IMG/VR virus record: IMGVR_UViG_3300021138_000019
Coordinates: 1 to 64,000 of that record
Direction: 5' to 3' (one strand)
DNA from: a virus
Length of the DNA: 64,000 bases
Shown: positions 10,901 to 22,200 of the stretch, one piece after another
Position numbering within the stretch: the stretch's first letter is position 1
How the letters are laid out: every line of letters starts with the position of its first letter
Translations under genes and position numbers: made by a program
Notes under the pieces: generated by a model
What the model was told of the DNA's origin: nothing
Databases searched by the model: none
Seen by the model: only the letters and a program-made list of their open reading frames with translations

Positions 10901-11844
10901 ACAATACACTGCATTATGTGTTTCAATCGGTTACAGATTTTGCCAGCAGTCAAGTGGTAAATGCCGGTCAATGGGTTCACCTTGTGGTGTGTAGGAATGG
11001 TGGGACTTATAGATTCTTTGTAAATGGAAATATGACTATATCTACGGGTAGTTCATCATCTATCCCTGCTACAGCCGGAATAAACGTGGGAACCAGTGCG
11101 TTTTATGCTCACGGTGTAAAAATCACTAATGGAGTTTCACTGTATAATTCTTCATTTGCTATCCCAACTACAATTACAACTGGTACATCAACTAATTCTT
11201 TAATATTATTAGCTACTAATTCGGGTATCCAAGATGCTACTGGCAAAAACAACTTGATTACCTTCGGTACTACAAAGACGCAGTCGAACACAGTTAAGTA
11301 TGGTACTGGTGCAATGTATTTTGATGGGTCTAGTTTTATTAACAGTCCTGCTGTAAACGGATACGGTACTGGTGATTTTGGTACAGGGGATTTTACCGTA
11401 GAATTTTGGATGAACAATAGTATGAGTTCGGGTTCTTTTATATCGGTATTAGGAACACAAGATATTCCAGGAAATGCTACAGCTGGCATGTGGAGGGTAT
11501 CTATAAGGGGAAATGCCACTCCTGGTATCTTATTTGATTATACTAATGGTAGTGCATTTACGGATGTAACATTTACAACGACCAGCTACAACGACGGAAC
11601 TTGGCATCATGTAGCAGTAACTAGAGCTTCGGGTAGTGTCAGGGCATTTGTTGACGGAACTCAAGTAGGAACTACGCAATCAATTACGCAAAATTTAAAT
11701 TCTGGTCAAAAGATTTACATAGGTTATCAACCACAAGATGGTGTTTATTACACTGGTTATCTTGATGATATTAGAATTACTAAAGGTATTGCTAGATATA
11801 CTACAAACTTCACCCCACCATCAACTACATTTTTAACACAATAA
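7945..11844 (+). CDS. Multi-LamG/concanavalin A-like domain virion protein (putative receptor-binding protein)
   Basis: Ig-like N-terminal part, then about five repeats of FT(I/V)E.W ... WxHxA..R ... GYI..xRI separated by FTPPT linkers. Confidence 0.8.
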   Translation: MGIKRLSIQTTADRTVSNQNLILPTGGSVSTAVNSIVYTDANYNTLTANAAATTFGNFRIIGTNFVNGANVILANTSSGTISSIVSNTTFISSNEIRANVSVTAGNYALYIFNPNGTAAIYYSGVTFEPYPIWTSTSYASSGTVYVQLLTSSTAIEQPITYSLVSGTLPTGTTLSANGLISGTATGISGLGQTFTFTVAATDIYNETTQASISLTISLGDQYFDYTTLLLNGETNTTTYIADASTNNFALTVNGAANPNRFSPLWGAGYYGNYFDGSTGYLSLPASTQWLMSGNFTLEAWIYSTSFPAFSIIFDQWFSSSSGVGNWQLGLATGKPTWYYDGNSLISSSTALSLNIWYHMAAVRSGTTLTIYINGTSVATGTFAGTPGINNTLWIGSQHSGGPLDYFPGYISNARIVNGTAVYTSAFTPPTAPLTAIANTVLLTCQSNQFIDNSTNAFALTPNGTVKVVPNQPFGVLPSGVQNYGSSLFDGSTGYLTVSSSTTFAFGTGNFTIEAWVYLQSYPASSGSTPFGTTNGATSGYYFNLGQDINSLRFTSNASGSWADNLTVTSGNGIPLYTWTHVAFVRNGGTLTIYKNGISVASATGASAYNFTSPSNAGYIGYVSNGISSQYFNGYFSNIRVVSSAVYTTNFTPPTTPLTAISNTSLLTLQYKNGVNNNTFYDDSVNNFALTRTGTPTQGTFSPFSQAGWSYYFAGGSNWVSANSSPISTTNSTFTVEGWIYMTAVPVGTTPCVIGDMTPGGNNDSWSFGPMGSSPVVSFYWYDGAAKTVSGNTVMSLNTWYHIAVSINANAISMYVNGVQQTLTGTTTLTNRTGSVGYIGLGEWTSAVSAYYIGYASSLRISNIALYSSSFTPPTTTFTTSSNTVFLTAQSNRFVDLSTNNYTLTPTGASVQAFSPFPPSATYSVATNGGSMYFGSSSDNVGQASTTAWVFGGDFTIEGWFYFLPAGAGTSRSVVNTSGGNVYLNTDNTLHYVFQSVTDFASSQVVNAGQWVHLVVCRNGGTYRFFVNGNMTISTGSSSSIPATAGINVGTSAFYAHGVKITNGVSLYNSSFAIPTTITTGTSTNSLILLATNSGIQDATGKNNLITFGTTKTQSNTVKYGTGAMYFDGSSFINSPAVNGYGTGDFGTGDFTVEFWMNNSMSSGSFISVLGTQDIPGNATAGMWRVSIRGNATPGILFDYTNGSAFTDVTFTTTSYNDGTWHHVAVTRASGSVRAFVDGTQVGTTQSITQNLNSGQKIYIGYQPQDGVYYTGYLDDIRITKGIARYTTNFTPPSTTFLTQ
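9975..10058 (+). repeat. 84-bp exact repeat, copy 1 (copy 2 at 14952-15035)
   Basis: cactttctatgatgatagtgtg...ctcaccattcagtca is identical in both LamG genes. Confidence 0.85.
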
Positions 11845-11867
11845 ATAGACTATAAGGAGGAATTGAA

Positions 11868-12263
11868 ATGAATCATTTTGCACAGATAGATGCTAACAAC
11901 GTTGTTACTAGAGTTATTGTCGTTGAACAAGACATGGTAAACACTGGTCTATTTGGTGAACCCAATACATTTATTCAAACTTCATATAATACAAGAAACG
12001 GTATTCACTATGATCCTACAACACAACAACCTGATGGTGGTTTGGCGTTAAGATATCGTTATGCAGGTATTGGTATGATTTATGATTCCGGTAATGATGT
12101 TTTTGCGCTGGCCAAACCGACAGGTATGGACAGTTGGGTTTATTCAAGCAATACATGGTCTTGGCAGCCACCAACAGAAATGCCTACAGATGCAGTTTTT
12201 CCAAGTTATTATGATTGGGATGAAGCGAACACATCTTGGGTTTTAATAACAGTAACAGAATAA
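11868..12263 (+). CDS. Hypothetical virion-associated protein (HFAQID type)
   Basis: Strong SD AAGGAGG. Motifs QTSYN, RYAGIG, W..P..MP.D, YDWDE. Confidence 0.6.
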   Translation: MNHFAQIDANNVVTRVIVVEQDMVNTGLFGEPNTFIQTSYNTRNGIHYDPTTQQPDGGLALRYRYAGIGMIYDSGNDVFALAKPTGMDSWVYSSNTWSWQPPTEMPTDAVFPSYYDWDEANTSWVLITVTE

Positions 12264-12266
12264 TAA

Positions 12267-12599
12267 ATGGCATTTCCAACCTCACCTACGAACGGGCAGT
12301 TAGCCACACTTAATGGCACTACGTATCAATACAGTAGTACTACAACATCGTGGGCGAGAGTTCCTCAAAGTATTAGGATTACTTACACCTCAGGTCCTAC
12401 ACCACCCACAAATCCTCTTCAAGGTGACCAGTGGTATAACAACACGACTGATGTGCTTTACGAATACACGAATGATACAGTTTCATCTTATTGGTTAGAT
12501 ATACAGACGCCAGCATTTGTTGGTTCAAACGCAACAACAGTTACAGGAGTATCGACAGGTAAATCACTTGCAATGTCGGTATTATTCGGAGCACAATAA
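12267..12599 (+). CDS. Fibre adaptor (MAFP N-module, GDQWY module, C-terminal GKSLAMSVLFG)
   Basis: Motifs shared with the 6905, 16923 and 18684 ORFs. Confidence 0.65.
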   Translation: MAFPTSPTNGQLATLNGTTYQYSSTTTSWARVPQSIRITYTSGPTPPTNPLQGDQWYNNTTDVLYEYTNDTVSSYWLDIQTPAFVGSNATTVTGVSTGKSLAMSVLFGAQ

Positions 12600-12949
12600 T
12601 GACAACCCCTAATCTAGTTCAAATTAATTATCTAAATGGTAACACAGCAGTTCAAAACGTTACGACAACTGCAACTGCTATTATTTCAAATGCAAATAAT
12701 TCAAATCAATTGTTTAGAGTTGACAGTTTAGTTGTTGCAAATTATTCCACAAACGTTCAATATGTTACAGCAGATATATACAGAAACAACGTACCTTACA
12801 TCATCGTTTCAAATATTTCAATGCCGGCAAACACAACGTTTGGCGTATTTGATAGAATCTTTTATGCAAATGAAGGTGATGCTATTCGTCTAACAGCAAG
12901 TAACAACGGAACACTTCAAGCAGTTGCTACATACGAGGTAATGGGTTAA
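12599..12949 (+). CDS. ~115-aa connector protein
   Basis: Translationally coupled (TAATG) on both sides. Beta-rich, with a NEGDAIR motif. Confidence 0.6.
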   Translation: MTTPNLVQINYLNGNTAVQNVTTTATAIISNANNSNQLFRVDSLVVANYSTNVQYVTADIYRNNVPYIIVSNISMPANTTFGVFDRIFYANEGDAIRLTASNNGTLQAVATYEVMG

Positions 12950-15900
12950 TGTTTAATGGTGGATTCAAAGGCATAAGAGCGGCTGATGGCGCTGGCTTTG
13001 TCACGACTAAAGATGTTGCCGTTCAGCAAAGTAGTCCACAACCTAAGATAACTTCTTGGGCATATACCAATGGTGCTTATGTACCATATCCCGATACTGC
13101 TATTGCTGGTGGTGAAACTATAGTTATTTACGGTTCAGGTTTTCAAAATAATGCTAACGTAGTTATTGGTGCCACAACAGTTACAAGCTCAAGACTCGAC
13201 CCAAACAGAATTACATTTACGGCACCTTCTTTAAGCCCAGGTTCTTATCCCCTTTATGTTGCAAATCCTGGCGGTGGTACAGCAGTCTATTTACCAGGTG
13301 TTGTATACAACAGTTATCCTGTATGGAATTCGACTTCTTATGCAAACACATTTACCACAGCAACATCTTCAGTAGCTTTTAATTTAAATGCAACAGATTC
13401 TGCAACTCTTACATTCTCGTTACAATCAGGGTCAAGTTTACCAACAGGTTTAACTTTAGCGGCTAATGGATACATTTCAGGAACAACAACAGTATCAAGT
13501 ACAACAGTATACAATTTTACTGTCATTGCAACAGATTCATATGCACAAGCAACTCAAGCATCTATAACATATACGATTACTTTAAATGTTTCGGACACAT
13601 TTTTTAATTATACAACATTGTTACTAAATGGTGAAACAACTACAAACACATATATTCAAGACTTTAGTACAAACAACTACGCATTAACTGCCTCCGGTAA
13701 TGCAAACCCAAACAGATTCTCCCCATATTGGGGTAACGGTTATTATGGTGTGAGTTTTGATGGTAGTAGCGGGTATATGTATGTTGCTTCAGCGACACCG
13801 TTGAATCTTTCATCGGGGGATTTTACTATTGAATGCTGGTTTTATTTGATTACGGGATCAAAAACAAACGAAATTTTAAATAAAGATGGGGTTAATGGGT
13901 CATCATATTCACAGTATGAAATATATGTTAGTTCTTCAAATACACTAATAGTGAATTTAGGAAACGGTAATGGGGTATCACCTACAGACACAGATTATGG
14001 GGCAAGCACCAGTGTATCTTTAAACACTTGGCATCATGTTGTGTGTCAGCGAACAGGTACAACTATTTCTGTTTATTTTGATGGAACCAGAGTTACTAAC
14101 ACCGCACAAGTTATTAACATGACCGATGGTGGTAAGGCTTTGGTATTAGGCCATCAATCAGGTGCATCCTCAGACTATTTTGCTGGTTACATATCTAATA
14201 TGCGTATCGTTAAAGGAACAGCAGTATATTCTGGGTCGTCATTTACACCACCTACTGCACCACTCACCGCAATAGCCAATACTGCTTTGTTAACTTGTCA
14301 ATCTGCAAACTTTATAGACAATTCAACAAATGCATACACAATAACCGCAACTGGTACAGTCAAAGTAGCTTCCAATCAACCATTTGGTACAGTGCCCAGC
14401 GGTGTACAGAATTATGGTAGTGCGCTGGTTGATGGTGGTACTACCAGTTATATATCAGTGCCAGGGTCAACCTCATTGGGTTCCGGTAGTTGGACTATAG
14501 AGGCATGGGCATACTTTACAAATACAAGTTCATCCTATGATGGTATAATATGTACCGGTCCTCAAGGTACTATTCAGGCTTTTATATCAAAAGGTGATGC
14601 TGGATTGACTGATGGAGTTGGTTCAAGTGCCGGAATTACATATACCACAACTTATTTTCAATGGTCGCACTATGCTCTTGTGTGTAATGGGACCACATTG
14701 TATATGTACATCAACGGTGTATTGGTAGGATCAACCGCAAGAACATACATTCCATACGGAACAACTCCCGTAATTGGTAGAAGATTTGCAAATCTAACCA
14801 GTTATGCAATGAATGGATACATTTCAAATGCTAGAATAGTTCCTGGAACCGCAGTCTACACGAGTGCATTTACACCACCAACTGCCCCATTAACTGCAAT
14901 CACAAACACCTCTTTGTTAACATTACAATACAAGAATGGCTCAAACAATAGCACTTTCTATGATGATAGTGTGAATAACTTTGCATTAACCAGAACTGGC
15001 ACGCCCACACAGGGCACATTCTCACCATTCAGTCAAACCGGATGGAGCACATTCATAGGATATGGCGCATATGGATATATGAATGTCCCTGCTAACACCG
15101 GGTATGATATAACTACGGGTGACTTTACTGTTGAATTCTGGGCTAACTTTTCAACATGGAATACAATGGGTTCCTCTGGTATGGTTATAGCTACTAATTT
15201 TGGTAGCAGTAGCGGATGGAGCATAGGATTTAATGGCGGAGTCGGTTCTAGTATGTGCTGGCAAACATGGAACGCCGGTGCGGCAGTTTCCAATCTCGCT
15301 ACCACTGGTATTGTAGCAGGTACAAATTTTCAACTTGGTCAATGGAATCATTTTACTGTTATGCAAAAGACAGGTACATTATATTTCTTTCTCAATGGAG
15401 TTATGACGTATTCAGTTGCAGCCGGAGCTTCTGTTCCAGCTGGAAATGCATTATACTTTGGAGTATATGCACAGAACCTTGATTATGCAGGTAACCCATA
15501 TTTTTATTTAAGTAATTTTAGGATAGTTAAAGGCACTGCGGTATATACCACAACCAATTTTACTCCATCTACTTCCCCGTTGACCGCTATATCAGGTACA
15601 ACTTTGTTAATATGTCAAAATAATAGACATCTAGATAATAGCAGTATAAATGCTGTAATAACTCCGACTAGTTCAGGTACTTATCCAATAATACAACCAT
15701 TCTCACCCTTTGCACCGGGTGTAGTATATTCATCAGCGAACAATGGTGGTAGTATATACTTTAATGGATCAACAGATTATTTAACTACACCCTCAACAGT
15801 TAATATTAGTACAGGTAATTTTACATGCGAGGTTTGGTTTTATTTGACATCTACATCTGTATCAGGTCCTGGTATTTTGTGTGGAACAGCAACTGGTAGT

Positions 15901-16896
15901 ATTCAATTTGCAATATACGGAACAGCAGGTATTGGTTTGGCGTCACAAGGTGTTAGCTGGTTATTTAACACTACTTCTGGTATATATTTAAACACATGGT
16001 ATCATGTTGTGTTGTGTAGGGGTGGAACTGGAACAAATCAAACAAGTTTATTTTTAAATGGCACCCGTATTTTAAATGGTACAGTAACAGCAAATTTTGG
16101 AAACTATACGCTCGCCGTAGGTGCAGTTGGCACCTCATATCCTTTTCCAGGTTATATTTCAAATTTAAAATTTACAAATGGTGTTGATTTATTTGGTTAC
16201 AGCAATACAACTATACCAGTACCCACTGCACCACCTACCCCTACTGCAAATACCTCATTGTTGTTGTTGGGAACCAACACAGGTATCCAAGATGCTACTG
16301 GTAAAAATGATATACTTACAACAGGATCTGTATTGACTCAATCAAATACTGTCAAATTTGGTACTGGATCTATGTATTTTAACTCTAGTGCTTCAAGTTA
16401 TGCAACAGTTCCATTGAGTACCGCCATACAAACTATTACTGGAAACTTTACACTAGAGTTTTGGTTGAATCCTTTAACATTATCTGGAACAGTTGGATTG
16501 ATGGGTCAAAGGTCAGTAGAATCAAATTATTGCCCAATTTTATTAGAATTTAGCGGTAGTACTTTACAACTTTACGTTTCGACAACAGGTACTTCATGGG
16601 CGGTAAGTGCTTTAGGTAGTGGATCTTTGTCAACAAATACATGGACACATGTTGCTATAACAAGAAGTGGAACTACTGTATATTATTTTATAAATGGTAC
16701 ATCTGTTGGTTCAACAGGAACTGCAAGTGGTCCTCTAATGACTCCAGTATCTCCTTTGTATATTGGTAGAGATTCTGGTTCTCCTTCTGCGGACGGTTAT
16801 TTCAACGGTTACATAGACGAATTTAGAATCACTAACGGTGTTGCTAGGTATACTGGCAACTTTACCCCACCAGCAACTACATTTTTAGCACAATAA
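12949..16896 (+). CDS. Second multi-LamG domain virion protein
   Basis: Paralogue of 7945..11844: IPT/Ig-like N-terminus, LamG repeats, and a similar C-terminus (FTPP.TTFL.Q). Confidence 0.8.
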   Translation: MFNGGFKGIRAADGAGFVTTKDVAVQQSSPQPKITSWAYTNGAYVPYPDTAIAGGETIVIYGSGFQNNANVVIGATTVTSSRLDPNRITFTAPSLSPGSYPLYVANPGGGTAVYLPGVVYNSYPVWNSTSYANTFTTATSSVAFNLNATDSATLTFSLQSGSSLPTGLTLAANGYISGTTTVSSTTVYNFTVIATDSYAQATQASITYTITLNVSDTFFNYTTLLLNGETTTNTYIQDFSTNNYALTASGNANPNRFSPYWGNGYYGVSFDGSSGYMYVASATPLNLSSGDFTIECWFYLITGSKTNEILNKDGVNGSSYSQYEIYVSSSNTLIVNLGNGNGVSPTDTDYGASTSVSLNTWHHVVCQRTGTTISVYFDGTRVTNTAQVINMTDGGKALVLGHQSGASSDYFAGYISNMRIVKGTAVYSGSSFTPPTAPLTAIANTALLTCQSANFIDNSTNAYTITATGTVKVASNQPFGTVPSGVQNYGSALVDGGTTSYISVPGSTSLGSGSWTIEAWAYFTNTSSSYDGIICTGPQGTIQAFISKGDAGLTDGVGSSAGITYTTTYFQWSHYALVCNGTTLYMYINGVLVGSTARTYIPYGTTPVIGRRFANLTSYAMNGYISNARIVPGTAVYTSAFTPPTAPLTAITNTSLLTLQYKNGSNNSTFYDDSVNNFALTRTGTPTQGTFSPFSQTGWSTFIGYGAYGYMNVPANTGYDITTGDFTVEFWANFSTWNTMGSSGMVIATNFGSSSGWSIGFNGGVGSSMCWQTWNAGAAVSNLATTGIVAGTNFQLGQWNHFTVMQKTGTLYFFLNGVMTYSVAAGASVPAGNALYFGVYAQNLDYAGNPYFYLSNFRIVKGTAVYTTTNFTPSTSPLTAISGTTLLICQNNRHLDNSSINAVITPTSSGTYPIIQPFSPFAPGVVYSSANNGGSIYFNGSTDYLTTPSTVNISTGNFTCEVWFYLTSTSVSGPGILCGTATGSIQFAIYGTAGIGLASQGVSWLFNTTSGIYLNTWYHVVLCRGGTGTNQTSLFLNGTRILNGTVTANFGNYTLAVGAVGTSYPFPGYISNLKFTNGVDLFGYSNTTIPVPTAPPTPTANTSLLLLGTNTGIQDATGKNDILTTGSVLTQSNTVKFGTGSMYFNSSASSYATVPLSTAIQTITGNFTLEFWLNPLTLSGTVGLMGQRSVESNYCPILLEFSGSTLQLYVSTTGTSWAVSALGSGSLSTNTWTHVAITRSGTTVYYFINGTSVGSTGTASGPLMTPVSPLYIGRDSGSPSADGYFNGYIDEFRITNGVARYTGNFTPPATTFLAQ
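14952..15035 (+). repeat. 84-bp exact repeat, copy 2
   Basis: Identical to 9975-10058. Confidence 0.85.
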
Positions 16897-16922
16897 ATAG
16901 AAGATAACTCAACTAAGATATC

Positions 16923-17702
16923 ATGTCATTTCCAGTCGCATCATCAAACGGTCAAACAGCATTAGTTAACGGCATCACGTATGCCTGGAACTCTTCTATT
17001 GGTACTTGGACTCGTCAACAGGCTTATCTTGGTCAAATAATTGTTTCTAATACTGCACCATCAATCAATGTTGTCGGCACTCAGTGGTATTCTCAAACTG
17101 ATGATGTTATCTATGAATGGACTACGAGTAATGGTTCTAATTTCTTTTGGCTTGATATTACTTCTTCTGCGGTAGTTTCAAATGTTGCAATTTCTTCTTA
17201 TCTTGCTAACACAGTATCAAATACTTCAAATACTATTGCGAATACTGCAAATAGCCTTATAATAACACAAGAATCTCTTTCAGTTGCAAACGTTTTTGCG
17301 GCTGGTGGTGCGGCAAATACCGCAAATGCCTCTTTTAATAATTCCAATGCCGCTTTTAGTGCCGCAAATTCGGCATTGATTCTTTCACAGAATCCACAGA
17401 CTACAAACTATACACTTCAATTAAGTGATTCGGGTAAACACATTTATAATACTGGTTCTGGTGGACAAATCATTACAGTTCCAAACAATGGTACAGTATC
17501 ATGGCAAATTGGTACAACAATTGTTTTAGTTTATGGGGCTAACAATGCCGCTATGAATATTCAAGCCGCTACAGGTGTGACAATGTATCTCGCTAATAGT
17601 TATATACAAAAAAGTTATGCGAATTTATACGCATGGGGTGTGGGTTCTCTTTTAAATGTTGGTGCTAATACATGGTTCATTAATGGTTCAGGAGTGACCT
17701 AA
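16923..17702 (+). CDS. Fibre adaptor (MSFP N-module, GTQWY module, C-terminal beta domain)
   Basis: Shared motifs, plus a QTTNYTL..SDSGK..VPNN domain. Confidence 0.65.
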   Translation: MSFPVASSNGQTALVNGITYAWNSSIGTWTRQQAYLGQIIVSNTAPSINVVGTQWYSQTDDVIYEWTTSNGSNFFWLDITSSAVVSNVAISSYLANTVSNTSNTIANTANSLIITQESLSVANVFAAGGAANTANASFNNSNAAFSAANSALILSQNPQTTNYTLQLSDSGKHIYNTGSGGQIITVPNNGTVSWQIGTTIVLVYGANNAAMNIQAATGVTMYLANSYIQKSYANLYAWGVGSLLNVGANTWFINGSGVT

Positions 17703-18662
17703 ATGAGTGCGATTGGGGCAATGAGTGTTTCATCATTAGGTAATTCTAGTGCAGTAGCACCGAAACCACAACCATATGTTATCAATTATTTGATTGTGGG
17801 TGGAGGTGGTGGCGGTGGATCTTGTATGCGTACTGGTGGAGGTGGTGGAGGTGGTGGTGCAGTTTCAGGATCAACAACGGCAATAATATGTACCCCCTAT
17901 GCTATGAACGTGGGAGGTGGTGGTAGTGCAGGAGTTCTCACCGCCCGCTCTAGTGTTACACCTCATCCAGGTAGTCCAGGTGCTGGAAGTTCAACTCCAT
18001 TTGCATCAACTGGTGGAGGTGGCGGAGGCATAACCGGTCGTAATACTCCAACAATTCATAGTCCAAGTTGTGGCGGTGCAAGTGGTAACGGGTATCCTGG
18101 TGGTACTTCTGCATGTGCAGGAGGAGCCGGATGTAGAAGTTGTTATGGGGGCGGTGGAGGTGGTGGGGCCGGTGGAGCCGGAAGCTCACAATCATTTCCT
18201 CCTGGTCCTTCAAAAGGAGTTGGGTCTGGTGGAATAGGTTATACTTGGCCTATTAACGGTGGTACTTATGGTGGAGGTGGTGGTAGTGGTGGTGCATCAC
18301 CTATAAATTATCATACGTTTGGGGGTTGTGGAGGACCTGGTGGTGGCGGACGTGGAGCTTATTCCAGATGTAATCCAAATTCTGCATGTAGTTATGGTGC
18401 ATTGAATGGTGGAACAAACCTAGGCGGTGGAGGCGGTGGCGGTGGAGCAAATGGTAGTATACCACCATCAGGTTCACCGTCATGCAGTAGTCCTACTTTT
18501 AACAGATTGTCCGGTGCCAGTGGTGGTCCAGGAGTTATAATATTGAGTTATTGTAGTCCTGTACAAAGAGGTACTGGAGGTTGTGTGTCCTGCACCCCAT
18601 CACCGTCGGGTACAAAATGGTATCATGTTTTTAGATCAAGTGGCGTTTACCTAGCTCAATAA
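17703..18662 (+). CDS. Glycine-rich (polyglycine) adhesin-like protein
   Basis: YLIVGGGGGG, many GGGGG tracts, GGPGVIIL, and C-terminal HVFRSSG. Confidence 0.7.
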   Translation: MSAIGAMSVSSLGNSSAVAPKPQPYVINYLIVGGGGGGGSCMRTGGGGGGGGAVSGSTTAIICTPYAMNVGGGGSAGVLTARSSVTPHPGSPGAGSSTPFASTGGGGGGITGRNTPTIHSPSCGGASGNGYPGGTSACAGGAGCRSCYGGGGGGGAGGAGSSQSFPPGPSKGVGSGGIGYTWPINGGTYGGGGGSGGASPINYHTFGGCGGPGGGGRGAYSRCNPNSACSYGALNGGTNLGGGGGGGGANGSIPPSGSPSCSSPTFNRLSGASGGPGVIILSYCSPVQRGTGGCVSCTPSPSGTKWYHVFRSSGVYLAQ

Positions 18663-18683
18663 ATATAAAAAAAGAGATAAACA

Positions 18684-19190
18684 ATGGCATTTCCAATAAA
18701 CCCAACAAACGGTCAACAAGCATCAATCAATGGTGTTTTGTTTATCTACAACTCATCTTTTAATGCTTGGAAAAAATCACAAAACGTTGCAAACATTTAT
18801 ACTGCAACACAGTTAACAAATTTTACAAGCATATTTGATTTCGATGATGTTTCATATTTGGCTGATGGTTTTACAAACACATTTCCATTAAGATGGAATA
18901 ATTCTGCCGTCACATGTAATTCACCCTTTACGATTTCTGTAACTGTTAATGGTGCGTTACAACCAGCTTTCGATTACAAATACGATACAGTATGGCTAGC
19001 AAATGTACTAACAGCATCTAAAGGTTACACAATTGATCTTTCAGGTAATCCAACAACAAACGGTTATCTTAAGTTTGCCGATTCAGTACCAGCAGATTCA
19101 CAAATTTTAGTGAGAACGGTTTTAGGTTCACCACAAACCTCAATAAAGACGTACCCATTTAAACCCCTTGATGTGGTTATGGGTTTTTAA
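18684..19190 (+). CDS. Virion adaptor with MAFP N-module
   Basis: MAFPINPTNGQ..NG..F.Y...W. Preceded by ATAAATA. Confidence 0.6.
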   Translation: MAFPINPTNGQQASINGVLFIYNSSFNAWKKSQNVANIYTATQLTNFTSIFDFDDVSYLADGFTNTFPLRWNNSAVTCNSPFTISVTVNGALQPAFDYKYDTVWLANVLTASKGYTIDLSGNPTTNGYLKFADSVPADSQILVRTVLGSPQTSIKTYPFKPLDVVMGF

Positions 19191-19244
19191 GATAGATAAA
19201 TATATGATTGTTACCAAACATCCGAATAACTGGAGAAACTAATA

Positions 19245-22200
19245 ATGGCAAGAAAAGTCATCCTTGATACGTACTACACGTTCATACCATCATCTAGAAC
19301 GATTATTATACCACACGTTGTGCCCAAAGAACGTTTAGTTTTGATTACCGATTTGACAACAAATCAAGTTATCTTTAACTTTTCAGATCCCAATTTAACA
19401 ACAACTGCATATACTATCGGTCTTGACACAACTGGTACTTACCCTAATGCAACAGTTACCACTTTATCGTTAAGTTATAATACCACAGCATTATCTGCAA
19501 CAGATAAATTAAGTATTTTAGTTGATGAGTATAATGAATCATTTCAACCATCTGAAACTTTATTAGACCCTGTTAATAAGTTAAGAGTTTCAACACCACA
19601 ATCATTGATTGATACCGACTTTGAGTATTCAACTCAAGCGACTAAGTGGGAATCTCTTGCACGTATCAATATGAGACCATTCTCATACTATACAGTTTCA
19701 ACTGGTAACTTAAATATCATTGATATTCAAGCAGTTAACGGTCTAAGAACATACACAGCAAATACAACAGGTACTACACCACCTGCAGTTGGTACGCCAA
19801 TTACAATTTTAGATTCTTTGACTCCTGGTGCAGATGGTAACTATATTGTTGATGCAAACAATAACTTAACAAATACTAACGCATTAGGTGCCGCAAATAC
19901 ATTTAGTTATACTGGCAAATATTACTATACTGGTACCTCAGGTTCAGTTTATAATCAAAACGTAACTATTGGTTTCCAAGGTTATGCGTTTACAAACTCG
20001 TCAATTACAATTGCAAGTATGACCACATCTGGACAAAACGTATTTGTAACAACAGCTAACGTTCACGGTTTCATGGTTGGTAATGAGATTGCAGTTACTG
20101 GTGTAACAGGAACAAATGCACCTAACGGTTCATGGCAAGTATCAACAATCATTAACCCCACCAACTTTGTTTATTTGTGTAATGCATCTTCTATACCTTC
20201 AGGTACAATGACTGTTACAAGTGCAAACTTATATGCAAGACCTGTAGGAACACTTGTACATCGCTCATTTGACGGTGGTATTAGATTTTCTACAAACTCA
20301 GGTTCACACAATCAACAGTTTATTCGTCAGACACGTAAGTATTTCCGTTATCAATCTGGTAAGGGTATTCAATTGTCTACTGGTACAACATTGATGCCTC
20401 AGTTTAACTTAGATGGTATTACATCTACTGGTACAACAGTTACTGTAACAACAAAAGACCCACATAATATCGGTGCTCAAATTGGTGTTCAAATTAATGG
20501 TTGTAATGAAACTGCTTATAATGGTAACTTTACTGTTACAGGTGTTATTAATCCATATCAATTCACATATACAGCAAACTCAACACCATCAAATTCTCCC
20601 GCATCTGGTAACTACGTAGCATCGGCAACAACATGGTCTGGTGCATCAAATCGTATTGGTATTTTTGATGACCAAAACGGTATGTTCTTTGAATATGATG
20701 GACAAACATTGTATGCAGTAAGAAGAAATGCGGTTTATCAAATTTCAGGTAATACTTGGATTAACGTTGGTTCTAATACATTAAATGGTAATAACACAAT
20801 CTTTACTAAGCAGTTACAACCTAACGACTTTGTTGTTATTAAAGGTATGCCATATCGTGTACACAATATTCAAACAGACTCTGTTTTAACAGTAGTTCCA
20901 AATATACGTGGTACTCAAAACGTCACTAACGCTATCGTAAGTAAAATTCAAGATGTTCGAACACCAACATCTCAATTTAATATTGATAGGCTAGATGGTA
21001 CAGGCCCTTCAGGTTATAAAATTGACTTGACGAAAGACCAAATGTTCTATATCGATTACTCATGGTACGGTGCTGGTTTCCAACGTTGGGGTGTTCGTGG
21101 ACCTGACGGTAACGTAATCTATGCACATAAAGTAATTAATAATAACGTTAACTATCTTGCTTATATGCGTTCAGGTAACTTGCCTGGTCGTTATGAGACT
21201 AATTCATTCTCCAAAACTACCACTTTAGTTGCTAACGTTGCCGCTACAGATTCTGTAATTACAATGGCTAACGTTGCAAACTGGCCAAATACCGGTATTG
21301 CAGTATTGAGAAATAATGCTAACACAGAATACTTTGTATATACTGGTGTTACAACACTTTCAAATGGTGCTTTACAGTTAACTGGTGCTCAACGTGGTGC
21401 CGCATATCAAACTGGTAATACTGGTAACACATTATATGTTACAACAACGGCAGGTAATACAATCGTTACTATACCTGCAAGTAACAGCACATATGGTTTA
21501 TCAAATGGTATGTACGTATTTGGTAACAATATTGCACCGCAAACATTTATTCAAAACATTGTTGCTAACACATATATGATATTGAATCAAGCACCAACAG
21601 GTACTGGTTCTTCTCAAGTTATTATACCACCATTAGCAAATATTGCTCAAACAATTAACGTATTGACTGTGACTGGTGCCAACTCATTGACCTATACAGG
21701 TAATAATCAAGGAGCCGCAGTACCAACAGCAGTCGAATTACATACTCCACAATACGGACCTGAGATTAACCATTGGGGTACATCAGCTATTATGGATGGT
21801 GGTTTTACACCAGATAAGTCGTTCATTTTCTCAAAGGGTATGCAAACACCTTTAACAATTTATCCAGCCGGTGGTACCGCAAATTCTATGGCACTTTGGA
21901 GTTTCCGTGTTGCACCTTCTGCATCTAACGGTATACCAGCTTCTGCTTTAGGTGTTCGTGAGATTGTTAATCGTATGCAACAGTTACCATTTGAACTTGA
22001 TGCGTACTCTAACGGTGCCTGTTTGATGACTCTTGTATTGAATGGTTCAGTTTCAAATACAACCGCACAATGGCTTAACGTTGGTGGTTCAAGTCTATCT
22101 CAATATGTTTTCCACGCACAGAATACAACAGTAAGTGGGGGTGAAACAGTTTTCGGATTCTTCTTGAATAATAACTTGGGTACATTTGGTTCAACTCAGA

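Noticed and set aside
3667-16896. Diversity-generating retroelement acting on fibre genes
   Set aside because: No reverse transcriptase in the window. The repeats between paralogues are exact copies, not template/variable pairs differing at adenines.
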